Shown here: piece by piece, positions 61,011 to 64,000 of the stretch
Layout of the letters: every line of letters begins with the position of its first letter
Numbering within the stretch: the first letter of the stretch is position 1
Assembly (NCBI GenBank): GCA_030740155.1
Contig: JASLXV010000038.1
Location: 1 to 64,000 of the forward strand
Direction: 5' to 3'
DNA length: 64,000 nt
Source: Dehalococcoidia bacterium
GTDB lineage: Bacteria; Chloroflexota; Dehalococcoidia; Lucifugimonadales; UBA3495
The notes under the pieces: generated by a model
The model's database searches: none
What the model saw: only the letters and a program-made list of their open reading frames with translations
Told to the model about the DNA's origin: nothing
Program-made: the position numbers and the translations under genes

Positions 61011-61398
61011 AACACAACAACTCCCCGCCGATTCCACGCCGCCAGGCCGCCTGCCCTGCCATAACCCCTTGGGAGGTGGAAAGGATGGCCAAACCCAGAC
61101 CGCCGTAAACGCGGGGTATTTCCCCTTTGCCCACGTGACTCCGCAAACCCGGTCTGCTGACCCGTTTCAGGCCGTTGATGGCCGGTACCCGGCCTTCTCG
61201 GTAGGCGAGGTGCAGCCGAAGGGTTGGGTGGGCGTGTCCCCGGGGCATGTCGAAGTCCCGGATGTAGCCTTCGTCTTTCAGAATCCTGGCCAGGGCCAGT
61301 TTCAGCTTTGAGTGGGGCACTAGGACGGAGTCGTGACGCACGTGGATGGCGTTACGGATCCGGGTCAGCATATCCGCCACAGGATCGGTGACTGGCAT
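61000..61398 (-). CDS. rpsH: 30S ribosomal protein S8
   Basis: [40 protein letters not shown]. Confidence 0.97.
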   Translation of the reverse strand: MPVTDPVADMLTRIRNAIHVRHDSVLVPHSKLKLALARILKDEGYIRDFDMPRGHAHPTLRLHLAYREGRVPAINGLKRVSRPGLRSHVGKGEIPRVYGGLGLAILSTSQGVMAGQAAWRRGIGGELLCYVW

Positions 61399-61477
61399 TC
61401 TAATCTGTCTCCCCGCTGCTTACGATCATCGGAACTTTGGTGTGGTCCATGTGGATTCTTCGCTTCAAGAGAAGCCT

Positions 61478-61663
61478 CTACAGGCTGGCCTTGCGCACGC
61501 CCGGCAGCTCGCCGGTCAGCGCCAACTGTCGGAAGCATATCCGGCAGATCCCAAAGAAGCGGATGTAGGCCCGCGGCCGGCCACACCGGTGGCACCGGCT
61601 GTGAACCCGGACCGGAAACCTGGGTGTCTTTGACCATTTCTGGATTTTCGACGTCTTAGCCAA
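61478..61663 (-). CDS. rpsN: 30S ribosomal protein S14, short zinc-binding type
   Basis: TTG start after GGAG, reading MAKTSK...[23 protein letters not shown]...[10 protein letters not shown]. Confidence 0.93.
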   Translation of the reverse strand: MAKTSKIQKWSKTPRFPVRVHSRCHRCGRPRAYIRFFGICRICFRQLALTGELPGVRKASL

Positions 61664-61673
61664 GAAATCTCCT

Positions 61674-62477
61674 TTACGCCTGGCGGACGAACGGGAAGCC
61701 GTACAACTCCAGCAGGCGAATCGCCTCGGCGTCGTTTCCGGCGGTAGTGGTAATTGTAACCTGAAGGCCCCTGAATTTGTCGATCTCGTTGTAGTCGATC
61801 TCCGGAAAGATGATCTGCTCCCGGATGCCGATGGTAAAGTTTCCCCGCCCATCGAAGCCCCGGCGGGGAACACCCCGGAAGTCGCGGATTCGGGGCAAGG
61901 CCATGTTGACCAGCCGATCCAGGAAATGGTACATCCGTGTCCCCCGGAGGGTTACCGCGGTGCCGATGGAGTTCCCTTCCCGGATCTTGAACCCGGCGAT
62001 GGACCGGCGGGCCTTGGTGATTATCGGCTTCTGCCCGCTTATCGTGGTCAAGTCTCGGGTGGCGCCTTCCATGGCACGGCTGTTGGTCAATGCTTCGCCC
62101 ATCCCGATGTTCAAAACGATCTTCCCGATCCGGGGCACGCGCATCGGATTGTTAAACCCGAACTCTTGCATCATAGCGGGCACGATTTCGTTTCGGTAAA
62201 CATCCCGAAGCCGAGGCGGGGGTGGTCCTTCCGCCTCGGGAGGGGCTTCATCCGCGGCCTCGGCTTCGGCGCGCTTCCCACGGGTCGATCTTCCGCTTTG
62301 GGCGGGCCGTCGTCCGGCAGGAGCTGCTTTGGCCTTGGGCTGCTTCTCGGCTTTGGCTTTGGGCGGCGTTTCGGCGGTAGCCTCAGGCGGCTCGTCGGTA
62401 GCTGCTTCGGGCTGCTGCTCGCCTGAAGCCTCGGGCTGCTCCTCGCTCTGGGGCTCCGGCTTGGCTTCACCTGGCAT
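61674..62477 (-). CDS. rplE: 50S ribosomal protein L5 with an N-terminal low-complexity extension
   Basis: [44 protein letters not shown]. Confidence 0.95.
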   Translation of the reverse strand: MPGEAKPEPQSEEQPEASGEQQPEAATDEPPEATAETPPKAKAEKQPKAKAAPAGRRPAQSGRSTRGKRAEAEAADEAPPEAEGPPPPRLRDVYRNEIVPAMMQEFGFNNPMRVPRIGKIVLNIGMGEALTNSRAMEGATRDLTTISGQKPIITKARRSIAGFKIREGNSIGTAVTLRGTRMYHFLDRLVNMALPRIRDFRGVPRRGFDGRGNFTIGIREQIIFPEIDYNEIDKFRGLQVTITTTAGNDAEAIRLLELYGFPFVRQA

Positions 62478-62787
62478 CGTCGATCACTTCCTTACACTTG
62501 GGACAACCCCTGACCCTGACCCCGGTGTCCAGGAGGACAGAGGTGGGTTTCACGGGCCGGTTACACTTATTGCAAAGCAAAACTACGTTGGAAATGTGGA
62601 TGGGGGATTCTTGCTGCACCCTGCCCGATTGCCTGACTCCGGGGCGCGCGCGCACGTGCCGGGTCACCACGTTTACACCTTCAACCACCACCCGGTTTTG
62701 CTTAACCAATTGCCGGTCTACTCGCCCGGTTTTGCCTTTGTCCTTTCCGGCCGTGACCAGCACGGTATCACCATTTCGGATGCGCAT
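62467..62787 (-). CDS. rplX: 50S ribosomal protein L24
   Basis: GDTV.V.AGKDKGK.G, VVVEGVN, E.PIHISNV. Confidence 0.96.
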   Translation of the reverse strand: MRIRNGDTVLVTAGKDKGKTGRVDRQLVKQNRVVVEGVNVVTRHVRARPGVRQSGRVQQESPIHISNVVLLCNKCNRPVKPTSVLLDTGVRVRGCPKCKEVIDDAR

Positions 62788-63155
62788 TATACCACCTCGG
62801 ACGCCAGGGACACGATCCGCATGAAACCTTTGTCCCGCAACTCGCGGGCCACCGGCCCAAAGATACGGGTGCCCCGAGGCAGCCGGTTATCCAAGATGAG
62901 TACCGCGGCATTGTCATCGAATTTTATGTAGGTCCCGTCGGGCCGGCGGCGGCCCTGGGCCTGCCTGATGACCACCGCTTTGACCACTTCGCCCTTTCTG
63001 ACCGGGGAGTTGGGGGCTGCCTCCCGAACGTTGCAGACGATCACATCGCCCACGTGGGCGTACCTGCGCCGGCCGCTGCCGGGAATATTGATCAGCCGGA
63101 TCACTTTGGCCCCGCTGTTGTCGGCCACGGTGAGCCGTGTGTAGGTCTGGATCAT
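62787..63155 (-). CDS. rplN: 50S ribosomal protein L14
   Basis: [34 protein letters not shown]. Confidence 0.97.
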   Translation of the reverse strand: MIQTYTRLTVADNSGAKVIRLINIPGSGRRRYAHVGDVIVCNVREAAPNSPVRKGEVVKAVVIRQAQGRRRPDGTYIKFDDNAAVLILDNRLPRGTRIFGPVARELRDKGFMRIVSLASEVV

Positions 63156-63559
63156 TCTTCAGAGTCCTCGGTTTCTTCGCTGTCCGCTGCGGGTTCCTCG
63201 CCCTCCGGCTCAGCTTCGCCGGGTTCACCGGCTACGGGCTCCTCGTCCACTTCGTCGACAACCACCACGGCGTCGGCCTCCAGGTCGATGGCGCGCACGT
63301 CCGCAACTTGCCGCCGCTCCAGTATCTCCATCAAGCGCCAACGCTTGGTTTTGGAGATGGGCCTGGTCTCCTCGATTCGGACCACATCACCCAGGCGGCA
63401 CTGGTTGAGGGCGTCGTGAACGTGGAAACGGGCCACGCGCCGCACCTGTTTGCGGTAGAGACGGTTGCGTTGTTTCCAAACCATCTCCACAACCGCCGTT
63501 TGGCCTCGGGGCGTCCGCACCACCGAGCCGGTGCGGACTTTACGCATCGATTTCGCCAC
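63152..63559 (-). CDS. rpsQ: 30S ribosomal protein S17 with an acidic C-terminal extension
   Basis: [20 protein letters not shown]. Confidence 0.95.
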   Translation of the reverse strand: MAKSMRKVRTGSVVRTPRGQTAVVEMVWKQRNRLYRKQVRRVARFHVHDALNQCRLGDVVRIEETRPISKTKRWRLMEILERRQVADVRAIDLEADAVVVVDEVDEEPVAGEPGEAEPEGEEPAADSEETEDSEE

Positions 63560-63561
63560 TC

Positions 63562-63759
63562 TTACCTCTGTGCCAACTGGCGCTCTCTGATGACTGTGCG
63601 CAACCTGGCGATGGACTTCCGCACCCCGCGGGGTAGATTGGAATTGGGCAACTGGCCGGTGGTAGCCCGGAAGCGCAAGTGCATATACTCCCGGTAGGTC
63701 TTATCCAGCTCCTCCTTGAGTTGCTCGTCGGTCAAGGCTCGTATTTCGTGGATCTGCAT
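63562..63759 (-). CDS. rpmC: 50S ribosomal protein L29
   Basis: LRF...TGQL.N, VRKSIARLRTVIRER. Confidence 0.95.
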   Translation of the reverse strand: MQIHEIRALTDEQLKEELDKTYREYMHLRFRATTGQLPNSNLPRGVRKSIARLRTVIRERQLAQR

Positions 63760-63771
63760 GACGCTCCCTCC

Positions 63772-64000
63772 CTAGCCGGCCCCGCCGGCCAGAGCCGCCA
63801 TCCGGTTGCGGTGGACGGTCTTGGTGGGAATCGGCAGCTTGTGAGAGGCCAATTCCAGAGCGTCGACGGCGTCTTGTGGCGGTACTCCGGCAACCTCAAA
63901 GAGAATCCGGCCGGGCCTGACCACGGCAACCCAATGGTCGACGGCGGCCTTGCCGCCCCCCATCCGAACTTCGGCCGGCTTCTTGGAAACCGACTTATCC
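63772..64000 (-). CDS. rplP: 50S ribosomal protein L16 (5' truncated by window edge)
   Basis: [17 protein letters not shown]....[14 protein letters not shown]...A.HKLP..T. Confidence 0.95.
   Translation of the reverse strand, partial: DKSVSKKPAEVRMGGGKAAVDHWVAVVRPGRILFEVAGVPPQDAVDALELASHKLPIPTKTVHRNRMAALAGGAG

Noticed and set aside
61478..61490. S14 ending KASL instead of the usual KASW
   Set aside because: A single-residue difference that may be a base-call artefact and is not interpretable.

Overview
High-GC bacterial chromosomal segment. Gene content (LLM flavin oxidoreductases, several acyl-CoA dehydrogenases, MmgE/PrpD paralogs, hydantoinase/oxoprolinase, REP-rich spacers) and ribosomal protein style suggest Chloroflexota, Dehalococcoidia/SAR202-like; this placement is an inference. 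Positions 1-41 kb are accessory catabolic and redox genes, 41-48 kb hold a SAM-I-riboswitch-controlled methionine salvage/SAM cycle operon, and 50-64 kb is the spc/alpha ribosomal protein superoperon on the minus strand. Main result: the ORF track splits three genes at in-frame TGA codons that all read D-(TGA)-G-S-C-T-S. These are very probably selenoproteins with a UxxC (UGSC) motif, each followed by a SECIS-like hairpin about 11 nt after the UGA. Two are 554-aa fusions with a large uncharacterised domain, one is a stand-alone 178-aa protein, and two more stand-alone copies of the large domain are present, giving a five-gene modular redox system of unknown function. Also seen: a frameshift-split TlpA plus lipoprotein-DUF3179 locus, two candidate structured ncRNAs, several REP families and some single-base frameshifts that may be assembly errors.
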